A stretch of 63,936 nt of DNA, the filler included, from an uncultured bacterium (lineage in GTDB: Bacteria > DAOPZR01), in NCBI GenBank assembly GCA_964637655.1. It is 6 parts of 6 records of this genome, joined end to end, with 100 filler letters (N's around TTAATTAATTAA, not from the genome) between each part and the next. Parts side by side here need not be neighbours in the genome. Positions count along the whole stretch, not along the records: positions 1 to 11,601 come from CAZWUZ010000107.1; 5 more parts are not named here. One strand, 5' to 3'. Positions within the stretch are counted from its first letter, which is position 1; each line of letters opens with the position of its first letter. Below, one piece after another: positions 1-10,604 of the stretch. The notes under the pieces are model-generated. The model did not search any database, was not told the origin of the DNA, and saw only the letters and a program-made list of their open reading frames with translations. Position numbers and translations under genes: made by a program.

Positions 1-60
1 ATCTGAAAGTCTGACTTTCAGATTTCAAGGTGGATGAAAATACAGCCGACGACACTTCAT

Positions 61-684
61 TTACCATAGCGGCAAAAACACGCCGACGAAATATATCGCT
101 GCAGGCAGCAGCCAGACCAGCAGCGCCGCCCAAAGCCAGAAACGCACGCGCCGTTTCCGCAGAGCGCAACATACCGCGACCAGCAGCGGGACCAGCGCGG
201 CGAGCGCGCCAAGCACCAGCAACACGGCTGAGGTCATGGCATACTCCCGTTTCCAACCGGCTTGCAGCGGGTAGGCCTGCCAACTGGCCTGACGTGCTGC
301 GGCTGCAGAACAAAGGGGAATACGATCGGCCCCGCAGCGTTTTGACACCAGCGCAAATTCGTCTTCGTTTAGCGGCCCGGTGGTTTCTGCCGTACGCCGG
401 TCGACGATTTCCCAAAATGTCTCCGCGGCATGCCAGCGTTTGTGCAGGACGATATAATCGTCATTCCAGCCGATTTCGCTGATGCGTCCGCCGCTGCCAG
501 TGACACCCATGCCGCCGCCTTCGCCATTCCCTTCGACCAGTTCATCATCGCCGTTGCTGAAATGCAGCACGGCGTACTGTCCGTCAATAGCGAACTCGTT
601 ATGCCAGCCGCCGCGACAAGCGCAGAGCAACACCATAGCAGCAAGCGCCAGAAGGACTGCCGCGATATTGCGCCCGCTATTCAT
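61..684 (-). CDS. Membrane/lipoprotein hypothetical, DUF3997-like
   Basis: Lipobox-like LLCAC, segment IGWNDDYIV...WEIVDRRTAETTGPL resembling DUF3997, two C-terminal TM helices; ATGA overlap with upstream gene. Confidence 0.55.
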   Translation of the reverse strand: MNSGRNIAAVLLALAAMVLLCACRGGWHNEFAIDGQYAVLHFSNGDDELVEGNGEGGGMGVTGSGGRISEIGWNDDYIVLHKRWHAAETFWEIVDRRTAETTGPLNEDEFALVSKRCGADRIPLCSAAAARQASWQAYPLQAGWKREYAMTSAVLLVLGALAALVPLLVAVCCALRKRRVRFWLWAALLVWLLPAAIYFVGVFLPLW

Positions 685-1214
685 CGCAGCATCCGTGCAA
701 GTCGTGTGGCAGGTGGGACGAAAGCGACCGGGTCTGTCACGTACAGCATCAGGCAGAGTACAGCGGCGCCCAGTCCGGCAATGATGCGCGCATACCGGTG
801 AATGCTCCCGTCCCAGCGCGGCGAATACTCTTCTTCCGCTGTCGCTGTGTTCCGCATAATGCGGACAAAACCGGCAAGCGGCAGCACGCTACAACCCGCG
901 GCAGCAATCAACGCGCCCCATGGCATCCACCTGCGGGAAGTCAGGGGGATATGCCACCATCCGTGCCCGTGCTCCAGATTCCAGCCAAGCAGCGGGAGAG
1001 CCAGCAGCATGAGCAGGTTGCCGGTCACAAGTAGCGCGGCAGTGCGCCGCCGGCTGTGACTGGTAAGAGGCATGCGCAGGTAGCAGGTTGCGATGTGCCG
1101 CTGCCACTTGACCGCGCCCCACAACATCGCCAGCAGCAGCACCAGCATGACCACATACGAGACAACGATAGCGGTATCGATCATCGCACCAACCAGCATA
1201 TTTCTTATGAACAT
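681..1214 (-). CDS. Integral membrane protein, hypothetical
   Basis: About four hydrophobic helices; overlaps both neighbours; start uncertain (1214 or 1241). Confidence 0.6.
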   Translation of the reverse strand: MFIRNMLVGAMIDTAIVVSYVVMLVLLLAMLWGAVKWQRHIATCYLRMPLTSHSRRRTAALLVTGNLLMLLALPLLGWNLEHGHGWWHIPLTSRRWMPWGALIAAAGCSVLPLAGFVRIMRNTATAEEEYSPRWDGSIHRYARIIAGLGAAVLCLMLYVTDPVAFVPPATRLARMLR

Positions 1215-2047
1215 CGTGGCTGACCTTCCGGTCGGCAGCATAGCGCGCCGACGACACCGGCAGCCAGCAGCAGCAGGCCGGCAGCCAGTTGCCAGGTGAT
1301 GCCCATGGCCGTATCACGCAGGAACACCAAACTCCATTCGCGCAGCAGGGCAAAGCCGAGCGCCGCCGCGACGAAGCATTGCAGAAACCCGACAACATCG
1401 CGGCACGGGTGGTAGCAGAGCACGATGAGCGCCAGCAGGATGAGCATGCTCCGCTCCACGGGGAAGCCGCCGAGCATCGCCGCGGTCGCGGTCAGCAGCG
1501 TGCTGCGCGACGGCAGGGCGGGCATCAGCGCGGCATCCTGCGCGTAGGTGCGTTCAGGGAGCGGACCCATGATCTCCTGCGTGTCGACCGCCACCCACAT
1601 GTGCACCATGTTGCCGACGAGCATCGCTTCGCGTATCCCGCGCGAGCGCAGGATGCTCACCGCCAGCACCGCCTGGTCCTCGCAGTCGCCGCGCCGGCGC
1701 TCCCACACCGTCGCCGCGTCGGGCGAGTAGTCGAGCACGCCCCAGTTGTCGAGGTCGGACATCCCACGCACCTGCAGGTAGACATATTTCTGCACGCATT
1801 GTGCCTGCAGCGCCGGCGAAGCGTTGGGCGGGAGCACGGCGTCAAGTTCGCGGTTGATCTGCGCCAGCGCGGGAAAATCGGTGCGGATGAACGGCTCCGG
1901 ATCGTACCAGTAGCGCAGTTGGTTCACCAGTCGCAGCGGGTTGGGATAGAACGCCAGCAACACGACTGTGTAGAAGAGCACGGTCTTGAGCGGCGCACGG
2001 TACGCAAACCGCAGCGAAGCCAGCCTGTTCCATAATGCGCTCGTCAT
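1205..2047 (-). CDS. Membrane-anchored transglutaminase-like cysteine protease
   Basis: RGDCED and HMWV motifs plus TM helices; start may be 2080. Confidence 0.7.
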   Translation of the reverse strand: MTSALWNRLASLRFAYRAPLKTVLFYTVVLLAFYPNPLRLVNQLRYWYDPEPFIRTDFPALAQINRELDAVLPPNASPALQAQCVQKYVYLQVRGMSDLDNWGVLDYSPDAATVWERRRGDCEDQAVLAVSILRSRGIREAMLVGNMVHMWVAVDTQEIMGPLPERTYAQDAALMPALPSRSTLLTATAAMLGGFPVERSMLILLALIVLCYHPCRDVVGFLQCFVAAALGFALLREWSLVFLRDTAMGITWQLAAGLLLLAAGVVGALCCRPEGQPRCS

Positions 2048-2101
2048 GTCATCCTGCCGGGCCCGTCGTCGTGCATCCACATACGCCAGAACGATTAGCG
2101 C

Positions 2102-2395
2102 TCAGCGGGCGCTTCCGTCTGCGCCCGCTGCGGCGCGAAGTTCGGTGCTTTTAATTTCATCCTGCAGATTGTCAATCACCTTTAGCAGTTTTTTACAAAT
2201 GCTAGCCTGATTTGCATACATAATTGTAAACAGGGACACCATCGAGAACCAATAGACTGCAAAATGCTCCATAGCAATCAAACCTTTCAGAAGAATAATC
2301 AGCACGACAATGTGCATAAAATATATTGGATAAAGGGTTTGATTTCGACAAAACCATCGGAGATTATTAATCAGCCTTTTGTCGCTTTCTATCAT
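2102..2395 (-). CDS. Small membrane protein, AT-rich
   Basis: 97 aa, two TM segments, GAGGGG RBS; composition differs from flanks. Confidence 0.5.
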   Translation of the reverse strand: MIESDKRLINNLRWFCRNQTLYPIYFMHIVVLIILLKGLIAMEHFAVYWFSMVSLFTIMYANQASICKKLLKVIDNLQDEIKSTELRAAAGADGSAR

Positions 2396-2574
2396 AATAT
2401 ACCCCTCAACTTTCTATTCATTCATGTACCGAACAGTTTTGCTCTGCTCAGTAAATGCGCACCCGCCGGCGGATGCTGCCGCCGCTGCCGAGTCGGTACA
2501 GCCATGCGCCAAGCGACTGCAGCAGGGTGGCGACCAGCATGATGCCGAGCGCGAGACGGCGCAGCATGGTCCGC

Positions 2575-3966
2575 TTACTCCCGCGGCGTTTCCGCGTCAG
2601 CAGTAGGCGCGTACCAGTTGATGTTGCGCGTCAGGTACATGATCAGCGCGAGGATGACAAAGAGCCCGAGCGATCCGCAGAGCAGCGCGTAATCCTGCAG
2701 TTGCAGCAGGACAAAGAGGTAGCCATAGAGCACGCCGGTGATGAGCGCCATGAGCAGGGCGCGCCGGAACGTGCGCAGCACCGCCCAGCAGTAGCCGCTG
2801 ATGAGCAGGACGATGCCGGCGGTCGCCGCCCCGTAGGCGGTGTTGAACCCGACATGCTCCGACAGCGAGAGGAGCAGCAGGTAGAACAGGCAGAGGGCGC
2901 AGCCGACAAGCAGGTACTGGATGAAATGGATGCGCAGTCCCTGCAGCATCTCGAACAGGAAGAACGCGGTGAAGGTCAGCACGATGAACATCATGCCGTA
3001 CTTGATGGCGCGGGTCGCCCGCTGATAATTGTCGACCGGCCGGATGAACTCGACCCCGAACGCGCTGCGCCCCGCCCCGATACCGTCCATCGTCCCCTCT
3101 TCCCACTGCTGCGGGAAGGGACGGCTGAGGTGGAATACCTGCCAGAGCGCGTCGAAGCCGTCGGTACGCACCGTGCGCGTTGCCGGCAGGAAAGCGCCGC
3201 AGAAACTCGGATCGGCCCACGGCGACTGCATGCTGACACGCGTTTCGCGCCCCAGCGGCAGGAAGAGCAGCCGGCGGCTGCCGTTGACCGCAACCGTCGC
3301 CGACAGCATCAGTTTCTCCGCCGGCGGCCCGGCCAGAGCCAGCGGCGCACGCAGCACCGCGGCTGCCGCTTCCTCGCCGTAGCGCTGACGGTACGGCCGC
3401 CACTCCTGCTCCCCGGCCTGCCCGTCGTCAGGTGTGCCGGCCAGCGCGCGCGCAAAGCGCTGCCGCTGCGCCGGCTCAAAGACCGACTCGCCGCCGTCCC
3501 ACTGCACGCGCATATTCTCGCGGATACCGCGGATATCCGTCAGCCCGATGAGCAGTTCCGCCTCGTCCCAGAGCACCTCGTCCGCCTCTTCCGGCATGAC
3601 CGCCGGGAACTGTGCCGCAAGCGTGCAGGTACCGCGGTAGACAATGACCTCATAGATGCTGCGATAGCGCTCCTCGGGCTGCACCGCGGCGGTGATGGTC
3701 AGCGAGTCGGGCAGCACGTAGTGCATGCTGCGCCCGCCATTGACCAGGTAGGGAACCGCGAGCACCGGCCCGGCGACGGTCTGCGGGCCGCCCCAACTGC
3801 TGAACACTTCACGCTCGGCTTCCGCGCGCCGCGTCTGGCGATCATCTACGATCGCGCCGATCATCAGCAGCGGAATGCCGAGGATCACGATGAGTATGGC
3901 GATGAATACCGCCTTGACCATCACCGAGAATTTCACGTTCTGCATCAGTGCCTGTGCTGCTTTCAT
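2575..3966 (-). CDS. creD: Cell envelope integrity inner membrane protein CreD
   Basis: WGGPQTVAGPVL, W.DPSF.G.FLP, HFIQYLLVG, LLSLSEH, YLTRNINWY; GGAGG RBS before ATG 3966. Confidence 0.92.
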   Translation of the reverse strand: MKAAQALMQNVKFSVMVKAVFIAILIVILGIPLLMIGAIVDDRQTRRAEAEREVFSSWGGPQTVAGPVLAVPYLVNGGRSMHYVLPDSLTITAAVQPEERYRSIYEVIVYRGTCTLAAQFPAVMPEEADEVLWDEAELLIGLTDIRGIRENMRVQWDGGESVFEPAQRQRFARALAGTPDDGQAGEQEWRPYRQRYGEEAAAAVLRAPLALAGPPAEKLMLSATVAVNGSRRLLFLPLGRETRVSMQSPWADPSFCGAFLPATRTVRTDGFDALWQVFHLSRPFPQQWEEGTMDGIGAGRSAFGVEFIRPVDNYQRATRAIKYGMMFIVLTFTAFFLFEMLQGLRIHFIQYLLVGCALCLFYLLLLSLSEHVGFNTAYGAATAGIVLLISGYCWAVLRTFRRALLMALITGVLYGYLFVLLQLQDYALLCGSLGLFVILALIMYLTRNINWYAPTADAETPRE

Positions 3967-3988
3967 GGGAGTCCTCCCTGGTGCTGTT

Positions 3989-4369
3989 TCAGGTAGCGGG
4001 ATGCGGACGCAGGCGCGCGGTGGCGTTTTTGGCCGATTGCGCCGCAGCATGGCCGTCGCGCACCACGCGTTCGAGTTCCGCGAGATAGGCGAGGAACGCG
4101 CGCCGCCCCGCGGCGTTCAGCCGCACGAGCGTGTGCGGCTTGCGCCCGACAAACGACTTGTGGATATCGACGAGTTTCGCCTCTTCCAGCACCTGCAGGT
4201 GGCGGCTGAGATTGCCGTCGGTAAGCGCGCAGAGTTCCTTGAGGTCGTTGAAACTGAGCCCCTCGGGATGCGCCGCCAGCGAGGTGAGGATGCCCAGGCG
4301 CGCCTTTTCGTGCAGGACGCGGTCGAGCGCATAGTCGTAGCGCGCGCCGCGTTCAGGCGTGGCGGTCAT
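3989..4369 (-). CDS. Winged-helix transcriptional regulator (ArsR/MarR-like, creD-associated)
   Basis: HEKARLGILTSL...LSFNDLKELCALTDGNLSRHLQVLEEA. Confidence 0.85.
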   Translation of the reverse strand: MTATPERGARYDYALDRVLHEKARLGILTSLAAHPEGLSFNDLKELCALTDGNLSRHLQVLEEAKLVDIHKSFVGRKPHTLVRLNAAGRRAFLAYLAELERVVRDGHAAAQSAKNATARLRPHPAT

Positions 4370-4964
4370 GGTTCCGCTCCAGGCAGCAGTAGAAAAGCAA
4401 TGCGCCGATGAGTTGTCCGCCGCCAAAGGCAATGCCCATCCCCCACGGCGAGAGCGGCAGCGGGGTGTCGGCAAACGCCAACAGCACCGCGCCGGCCGCG
4501 ACGTACCAGGCGCCCGACCAGCCGAGCGCCGGCGGCAGGTACGGAAGTGTGGCAAATACGCCCATGGCGAAGACGAGACACCAGAGTCCCGGCAGCAGGG
4601 CCAGCGCATCGGGGCGGACGAACATGATGGCGAAGGTGATGATTCCACCGGCCAGGAGGGCCGGGCGGGCGGTGGCAAAGACGGTCAGCATCTGCTGTCG
4701 CGCCATGGCGCTGCCGCTCCGCGCATTGGCCGCGAGCACGCCCGCCGCGGCCAACGTGATATTGACCAGCGCCACGGCAAACCAGAGCATGACGAAACGG
4801 GTGCCGCCGTACGGGGCGAGCAGCGGCTGCAGCAGCGCGGCCGCGATACCGGTCAGCGCGGTGAGCAGGACAATACCGGCGCGATAGCCGCGGAAATAGG
4901 CGCCGCGGGCCAGATGCGCCCGCACTTCTTCCAGTCCCGAGAGAGCCCGCTGCAAGTCGTCCAT
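4353..4964 (-). CDS. Membrane protein of the creD operon
   Basis: About six TM helices, overlaps regulator, directly after strong promoter. Confidence 0.75.
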   Translation of the reverse strand: MDDLQRALSGLEEVRAHLARGAYFRGYRAGIVLLTALTGIAAALLQPLLAPYGGTRFVMLWFAVALVNITLAAAGVLAANARSGSAMARQQMLTVFATARPALLAGGIITFAIMFVRPDALALLPGLWCLVFAMGVFATLPYLPPALGWSGAWYVAAGAVLLAFADTPLPLSPWGMGIAFGGGQLIGALLFYCCLERNHDRHA

Positions 4965-4970
4965 GCCTGC

Positions 4971-4999
4971 ATCGTACCACATTCACTTTGCATTGTCAA
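4971..4999 (-). promoter_or_regulatory. Sigma70 promoter of creD operon (likely leaderless)
   Basis: TTGACA-17-TACGAT with extended TG; ATG 4964 follows the -10 after 6 nt. Confidence 0.75.
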
Positions 5000-5048
5000 G
5001 TACTTTTCAGATAATCCCACCTAACCGGTGGAGCGGCAAAGACAACTA

Positions 5049-5840
5049 CTACGACAGGTGTCCGTTCAGGAACAGATCGATAAGGCGGCGGGAGATGCTG
5101 CCCGGCGGCGGGATGGGGGGGAGGTTGTCCGGGGCGAACCAGCCCGCCTCGTGCAGTTCCTCTCCGTCCACGGTGAGTTCGCCGCTATCGTACTCGGCGG
5201 TGAAGCCGACCATCAGCGAATCGGGAAAGGGCCAGGGCTGGCTGCCGACATAACGGATATTTTTCACCGTGATGCCGGCCTCCTCATGCACCTCGCGCTG
5301 CACGCACTGCTCGAAGGTCTCACCCGGCTCGACGAAGCCGGCAAGAACACTGTAGAAGGGACGGCGGAAGTTGCGGTTGCGCGCCAGGAGGAGTTTCCCG
5401 TCGCGCACCACAGCGACAATGACCGCCGGCGAGAGGCGCGGGAATACCGTCAGACCGCAGGACGGGCAGATTTTGGCCCGCTCGGTTGCGTGGTTGCCCA
5501 TGCGTGCGCCACACCTGCCGCAGAAAGCGTTCGTCTTCTCCCAGTGGAGCAGTTGCAGGCCGCGCCCGCAGACCTGGAACAGTTCCTCGCCCAGCAGCGG
5601 CAGCAGGTCGCGCGGATTGATGAAGGTGCCGGGCACATCGGCGACGTCCGCAGACAGTTCCCCGCACAAGTACCGTTTTGCCTCATGCGTGCCAAGCGGC
5701 ATGACGTGCTGCAGCCGGTCGCGCAGCGGAGCGATGTCCGTCTGGCGGACCAGCGCCCCCTCGTTATCCTGCGCCCTGACGAGCACATTGCCAGCACGAA
5801 ACACAAACCAGAGCTCCTGGTTGACTGTCTGCTTGTCCAT
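5049..5840 (-). CDS. nudC: NAD+ diphosphatase (Nudix)
   Basis: CGRCG/CPSC zinc site, Nudix box GFVEPGETFEQCVQREVHEEAG, SQPWPFPDS. Confidence 0.95.
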   Translation of the reverse strand: MDKQTVNQELWFVFRAGNVLVRAQDNEGALVRQTDIAPLRDRLQHVMPLGTHEAKRYLCGELSADVADVPGTFINPRDLLPLLGEELFQVCGRGLQLLHWEKTNAFCGRCGARMGNHATERAKICPSCGLTVFPRLSPAVIVAVVRDGKLLLARNRNFRRPFYSVLAGFVEPGETFEQCVQREVHEEAGITVKNIRYVGSQPWPFPDSLMVGFTAEYDSGELTVDGEELHEAGWFAPDNLPPIPPPGSISRRLIDLFLNGHLS

Positions 5841-5924
5841 TCCGGTCGACACCTGTCTGGCCGCTCACCTGACGCTCTGCGGCTTACACTCCTGTCAATG
5901 TTGAAAACGTGCACCCACTGCATT

Positions 5925-5974
5925 TTTGGACACCTGTCCAATAAAGCCGCGGCAATTTTGGACAGGTGTCCAAA
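5925..5974. repeat. Perfect 17-bp inverted repeat, REP-like
   Basis: TTTGGACACCTGTCCAA (5925-5941) and TTGGACAGGTGTCCAAA (5958-5974), 16-nt loop. Confidence 0.8.
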
Positions 5975-6012
5975 TCTGCCGTGCTGCCTGATTCCCGCTC
6001 CTCCGGTTGCCG

Positions 6013-8334
6013 CTACCCTTCACCGCTGGTGAGTTTGGCGAGGACGTTGAAGTCCTCGAGCGTGGTGGTGTCACCCGTCACTTCGGTGCCTGCGGCGATC
6101 TGCTTGAGCAGGCGGCGCATGATCTTCCCCGAGCGCGTCTTGGGGAGCGCCTGCGCGAACCTGATCTCGTCCGGCTTCGCCACCGGCCCGATCTCCTCCG
6201 CCACGTGCCGGCGCAGCTTTTCGCGCAGCGCGTCATCGTGCGGAATGCCGTCCTTCGCGGTAACGAACGCGACGATGGCTGAGCCCTTGCTGTCGTCGGG
6301 CCGTCCGACCACCGCGGCCTCGGTCACCAGTTTCGAGCCGACCAGCGACGACTCCACCTCGGCAGTGCCGATGCGGTGCCCCGAGACATTGAGCACGTCA
6401 TCGATGCGCCCCATGATGGAGAAATAGCCGTCCGTATCGCAGCGCGCGCCATCCCCGGTGAAATAGCAGCCCTCCACCTCGGTCCAGTACGTCCATTCAT
6501 AACGCTCGTGGTCGCCCCAGACCCCGCGCAGCATCGACGGCCACGGCTGGCGGATGACGAGTTTGCCACCCGTGCCAACGGGAACCTTCTCCCCCTTGTC
6601 GTCGACCACCTCGGGGAGCACGCCGAAGAACGGCTTGCCCGCGCTCCCCGGCTTCATCGCCATCGCCCCGGGCATGGTGGAAATCATGATGGCACCCGTC
6701 TCGGTCTGCCACCAGGTGTCGACCACCGGACAGCGGTCGGCACCGATATGTTTGCGGTACCAGAGCCACGCCTCGGGATTGATCGGCTCACCCACCGTGC
6801 CAAGCAGGCGCAGCGACGAAAGATCGTGCTTTGCCGGCCACTGGTCACCCCACTGCATGAAGGCGCGGATAGCCGTCGGCGCGGTGTAGAGTATTGTCGC
6901 CTTGTGGCGCGCGATAATCGACCAGAAACGGTCGGGTTCAGGCCAGTTGGGCGCGCCCTCGTAGAGCAGGATGGTGGCGCCATTGCTGAGCAGGCCATAG
7001 ACCACGTAGGTATGCCCCGTGATCCAACCGATATCGGCGGTGCAGAAATAGATGTCGTCCGGCTGCAGGTCGAAATAGCAGCGGGCGCTGAGGGTCGCCC
7101 CGAGCAGGTAGCCCGCGGTCGAATGGAATATCCCTTTCGGCTTGCCGGTGGAGCCGCTGGTATAGAGAATGAAGAGCGGCGTCTCGCTCTCCACCGGCAC
7201 CGCCGGGCAGTCATCAGTAACTCGCGCCTCCTCCTCATGCCACCAGAGGTCGCGTCCCGCCTGCATCGGGATTGCCGCCCCGGTGCGGCGCAGGACGATG
7301 ACCTTTTCCACACTGTCGCACAACTGCTCGCCACGCTCATCCTTCAGGGCGAACGCCTCATCCACCGCCGCCTTGAGCGGCACGATTTTACCGCGACGGT
7401 AGCCGCCGTCAGCAGTGACGATGACCGACGCGGCGCAATCGCTGACGCGGTCGGCAATGGCCTGCGCGCTGAACCCGCCGAAAACAACGGAGTGGATGGC
7501 GCCCAGGCGGGCGCAGGCGAGCATCGCGATGGCCGCTTCGGGGACCATCGGCAGGTAGATGAGGACACGGTCCCCCTGTCTGACCCCCTGCGCTTTGAGG
7601 ACATTGGCGAAGCGTGACACCTGCGCATGCAGCTCGCGATAGGTGATGCGGCGCACCTCTTTCCCGTCGCTGTCCGGCTCCCCCTCCCAGATAATGGCGA
7701 CCTTGTCCGCCACCGGCGTAGCGAGGTGGCGGTCGAGGCAGTTGGCCGCGGCATTGAGTGTGCCGCCGCTGAACCAGCGCACGCGCGGCGACTTCCAGTC
7801 GAGCACCTTCGTCCACGGCTGCTGCCACTGCAGGTTTTCCTGCGCCATGCGCGCCCAGAATTGTTCCGGTTGACTGATGGACTCCTCGTACAGCGCGGCA
7901 TATTCCTCAGCACTGATGCGGGCGCGCGCGGCGAATGCCGCCGGCGGAGCGAAGACCGGCTCGGCATGCGCGGCCACCTCGATGGTCGCCGCCTGGTCGA
8001 GGCCGGAGAGTTTGAGCAGGTCGGCGATGGCGGTCGATGCGCCGGTGATGGCGAAGTTTTCGCGTCCCGCGCGCTTGGCAGCGATAACGCAGAGACGCAG
8101 GAAGAGCGACGAGGCATAGGTGAGTGCGGAAAGATCGAAGACGATGCGCAGCGGCTGCGTGTCTGCAGCATGCGCCTGCGCCTGCGCGGCAACGGTGAGC
8201 GCGCCCCCCTGCCCGGTGATTGCCGCCAGCTGCGCAGTGAAGGCCTTGCTCATCGGCCCGACATTGCTCGCGTCGACCCGCGCGGGGAAGACACAGGTCA
8301 GGGTGCGGCTGTCAGCCGCAAAGCGCATCTGCAT
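6013..8334 (-). CDS. acs: Acetate--CoA ligase with N-terminal STAS domain
   Basis: [33 protein letters not shown]-terminal [18 protein letters not shown]...[17 protein letters not shown] before ATG 8334. Confidence 0.93.
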   Translation of the reverse strand: MQMRFAADSRTLTCVFPARVDASNVGPMSKAFTAQLAAITGQGGALTVAAQAQAHAADTQPLRIVFDLSALTYASSLFLRLCVIAAKRAGRENFAITGASTAIADLLKLSGLDQAATIEVAAHAEPVFAPPAAFAARARISAEEYAALYEESISQPEQFWARMAQENLQWQQPWTKVLDWKSPRVRWFSGGTLNAAANCLDRHLATPVADKVAIIWEGEPDSDGKEVRRITYRELHAQVSRFANVLKAQGVRQGDRVLIYLPMVPEAAIAMLACARLGAIHSVVFGGFSAQAIADRVSDCAASVIVTADGGYRRGKIVPLKAAVDEAFALKDERGEQLCDSVEKVIVLRRTGAAIPMQAGRDLWWHEEEARVTDDCPAVPVESETPLFILYTSGSTGKPKGIFHSTAGYLLGATLSARCYFDLQPDDIYFCTADIGWITGHTYVVYGLLSNGATILLYEGAPNWPEPDRFWSIIARHKATILYTAPTAIRAFMQWGDQWPAKHDLSSLRLLGTVGEPINPEAWLWYRKHIGADRCPVVDTWWQTETGAIMISTMPGAMAMKPGSAGKPFFGVLPEVVDDKGEKVPVGTGGKLVIRQPWPSMLRGVWGDHERYEWTYWTEVEGCYFTGDGARCDTDGYFSIMGRIDDVLNVSGHRIGTAEVESSLVGSKLVTEAAVVGRPDDSKGSAIVAFVTAKDGIPHDDALREKLRRHVAEEIGPVAKPDEIRFAQALPKTRSGKIMRRLLKQIAAGTEVTGDTTTLEDFNVLAKLTSGEG

Positions 8335-8363
8335 CGGGCACCTCGTCGTGGTCGCAGCGCACG

Positions 8364-10604
8364 TCAACCGTGCAGGTACATGAAGACCTTTTCCGGTGTC
8401 AGCGGCAGCGACGGGATGTCGCGGTCATGGCGTACGGCGCGCAAGGAATGCCAAAGGGCGAAGTAGGCGCCCAGTCCGTGAATGAAGGGGGGTTCCCCCA
8501 CCGCCTTCGATTTCGCCACGGCAAACGGATTTTCCGAATCGGGGAGCAGCGTGATGTTGAACTGCCGCGGCACGAACTTGATGTCGGGCACCTTGTAGGC
8601 ATTGACCGCGGTGAGTACCCGCCCGTCAGGCGCATAGCGTATCTGCTCGATGGTCGCCCAGCCGATGCCCTGAATGACCGCCCCCTCCACCTGCCCGCGG
8701 TCGATGGCTTCGCTCAGCGTCTGCCCGACGTCATGCACCACGTCAACTGCTTCGATGGTATAGGTGCCGCGCACGGTATCGAGCAGCACTTCGGTAAGCG
8801 AGGTGCCGTAGGCGTAGTAGGCGAACGGGCGCCCGCGCTCGGTCTTGAGGTCGTGAAAGAGATCGGGCGTGGCATAGAAGGCATGCGACCCGAGGTCAAC
8901 CCGCGCCCACTGCGCCGCCGCGATCAGTTTCTCCCAGTTCAGTTCCGTCGGCACGCCGTTTTCCAGCACGACATTGTCGGCGATGCTCAGGTCCTTCGCC
9001 TCCATCTTCAGGTGCTGCGCGGCAAACTGCACGAGCCGCGTGCGCAGTTCGTCGCAGGCGTACTTCGCCGCCATGCCGTTGAGGTCAGCCCCCGTGCTGG
9101 CCGAGGTGGGCGAAGCGTTGGCGACGCGCATGGTGTTGGTCGTCTCGACCATGACACGGTCCGGGGTCACCCCGAGCGTCTGCGCAGCAATCAACTGGAT
9201 CTTGGTGTTGACCCCCTGCCCCATCTCGACTGCGCCCGTGCTGACCGCGACACTGCCATCGACGTAGATGTTGACCAGTGCCCCCGCCTGATTGAGCGCG
9301 GTCTGGGCAAACGAAATGCCGAAACAGACCGGGACGATGCCGAGCCCGCGCTTCGTCGCGGTGTGGGTGCGATTGTATTCCGCCACCGCCTGCAGGCGCT
9401 GAGCGACATTTGCTTTCTGTTCCAGCGTCTCCCAGCAGCGGACAGCGGTCGGCTTGGGCGGCTGCACTCCGTATGGCAGCGAATCGCCGTCACGCAGCAG
9501 GTTCTGCTTCTTGACCTCGACAATGTCCTTGCCCAGCAATTCCGCCGCGCGGGTCAGCGCCGCTTCGATAGCGAAGGTCCCCTGCGGCACCCCGAACCCG
9601 CGGAAGGCATTGTTGGGCGGAATATTGGTGCGGCAACTCACCGCCGTGATGCGGATATTCGGCACGCGATACGAGCCCGAGGCATGCAGGAAGGAGCGCC
9701 CGAGCACCGCGGTGGAGATATCGGCGCAGGCACCCGCATGCTGATAGAGGGTCACTTCAAAGGCGCGGATATTCCCCTCGGCATCGAGTCCCATCTTGTA
9801 GTCGTACTCGTAGGCATGGCGCTTCCCCGTGGTGAAAATGTCCTCGTTGCGTGAGAGGAATAGTTTCACCGGCTGCTTGAGGATAAACGCCGCCATCGCG
9901 GGCGCCACCACCCAGACCGCCGTCGATTCCTTGCCGCCAAAGCCGCCGCCGAGACGGCGGATTTCGAATTCCACCTTGTGCTGCGGGATGCCGCAGACCT
10001 CGGCAATATGGCGGTGATACGCGCCGGGTGCCTGACTGCTGGCGATGACCTTGATGGTGTCGTGTTCACCGGGGAGCGCTAACGCTCTCTGTGTTTCAAA
10101 GTAAAAGTGCTCCTGCGGGCCGCTGGCCAGTTTTCCCTCGGCGATTACTTTGCACTGCGCGAACGCCGCGGCGATGTCGCCATTGACCAGTTCGCGCTTC
10201 TGCCCGTGGATGAGGCCGCGCTGCGCTGCTTCGCGTGGACTAAAGAGCGGCTCGCGCTTGTCGATTACGGCAGTGATCAGTTTCACCGCACGCTGCGCCG
10301 CACGGCGCGACTTCGCCACGACCAGGGCAATCGGCTGCCCGATGTACTCGAGGGTGTCGATGGCCAGCAGCGGCTGGTCCTTGAAGATATGGCCGACCTC
10401 GTTGAGCCCGGGGACGTCCTTCGCCGTGTAAACCGCCACCACGCCGGGCGCTGACGTCGCCGCGCTGATGTCAACACTGCGCAGCGTGCCGCAGGCAACG
10501 GGTGAGGTGAACAACACCGCGTGCAGGCAGCCCGCGGGGGTCGGGATATCGTCGACAAATTGCGACGTGCCGCGCACGTGCATAAGCATGTCGCCATTCT
10601 TCAT
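8364..10604 (-). CDS. xdhB: Xanthine dehydrogenase molybdopterin-binding subunit
   Basis: [41 protein letters not shown]. Confidence 0.92.
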   Translation of the reverse strand: MKNGDMLMHVRGTSQFVDDIPTPAGCLHAVLFTSPVACGTLRSVDISAATSAPGVVAVYTAKDVPGLNEVGHIFKDQPLLAIDTLEYIGQPIALVVAKSRRAAQRAVKLITAVIDKREPLFSPREAAQRGLIHGQKRELVNGDIAAAFAQCKVIAEGKLASGPQEHFYFETQRALALPGEHDTIKVIASSQAPGAYHRHIAEVCGIPQHKVEFEIRRLGGGFGGKESTAVWVVAPAMAAFILKQPVKLFLSRNEDIFTTGKRHAYEYDYKMGLDAEGNIRAFEVTLYQHAGACADISTAVLGRSFLHASGSYRVPNIRITAVSCRTNIPPNNAFRGFGVPQGTFAIEAALTRAAELLGKDIVEVKKQNLLRDGDSLPYGVQPPKPTAVRCWETLEQKANVAQRLQAVAEYNRTHTATKRGLGIVPVCFGISFAQTALNQAGALVNIYVDGSVAVSTGAVEMGQGVNTKIQLIAAQTLGVTPDRVMVETTNTMRVANASPTSASTGADLNGMAAKYACDELRTRLVQFAAQHLKMEAKDLSIADNVVLENGVPTELNWEKLIAAAQWARVDLGSHAFYATPDLFHDLKTERGRPFAYYAYGTSLTEVLLDTVRGTYTIEAVDVVHDVGQTLSEAIDRGQVEGAVIQGIGWATIEQIRYAPDGRVLTAVNAYKVPDIKFVPRQFNITLLPDSENPFAVAKSKAVGEPPFIHGLGAYFALWHSLRAVRHDRDIPSLPLTPEKVFMYLHG

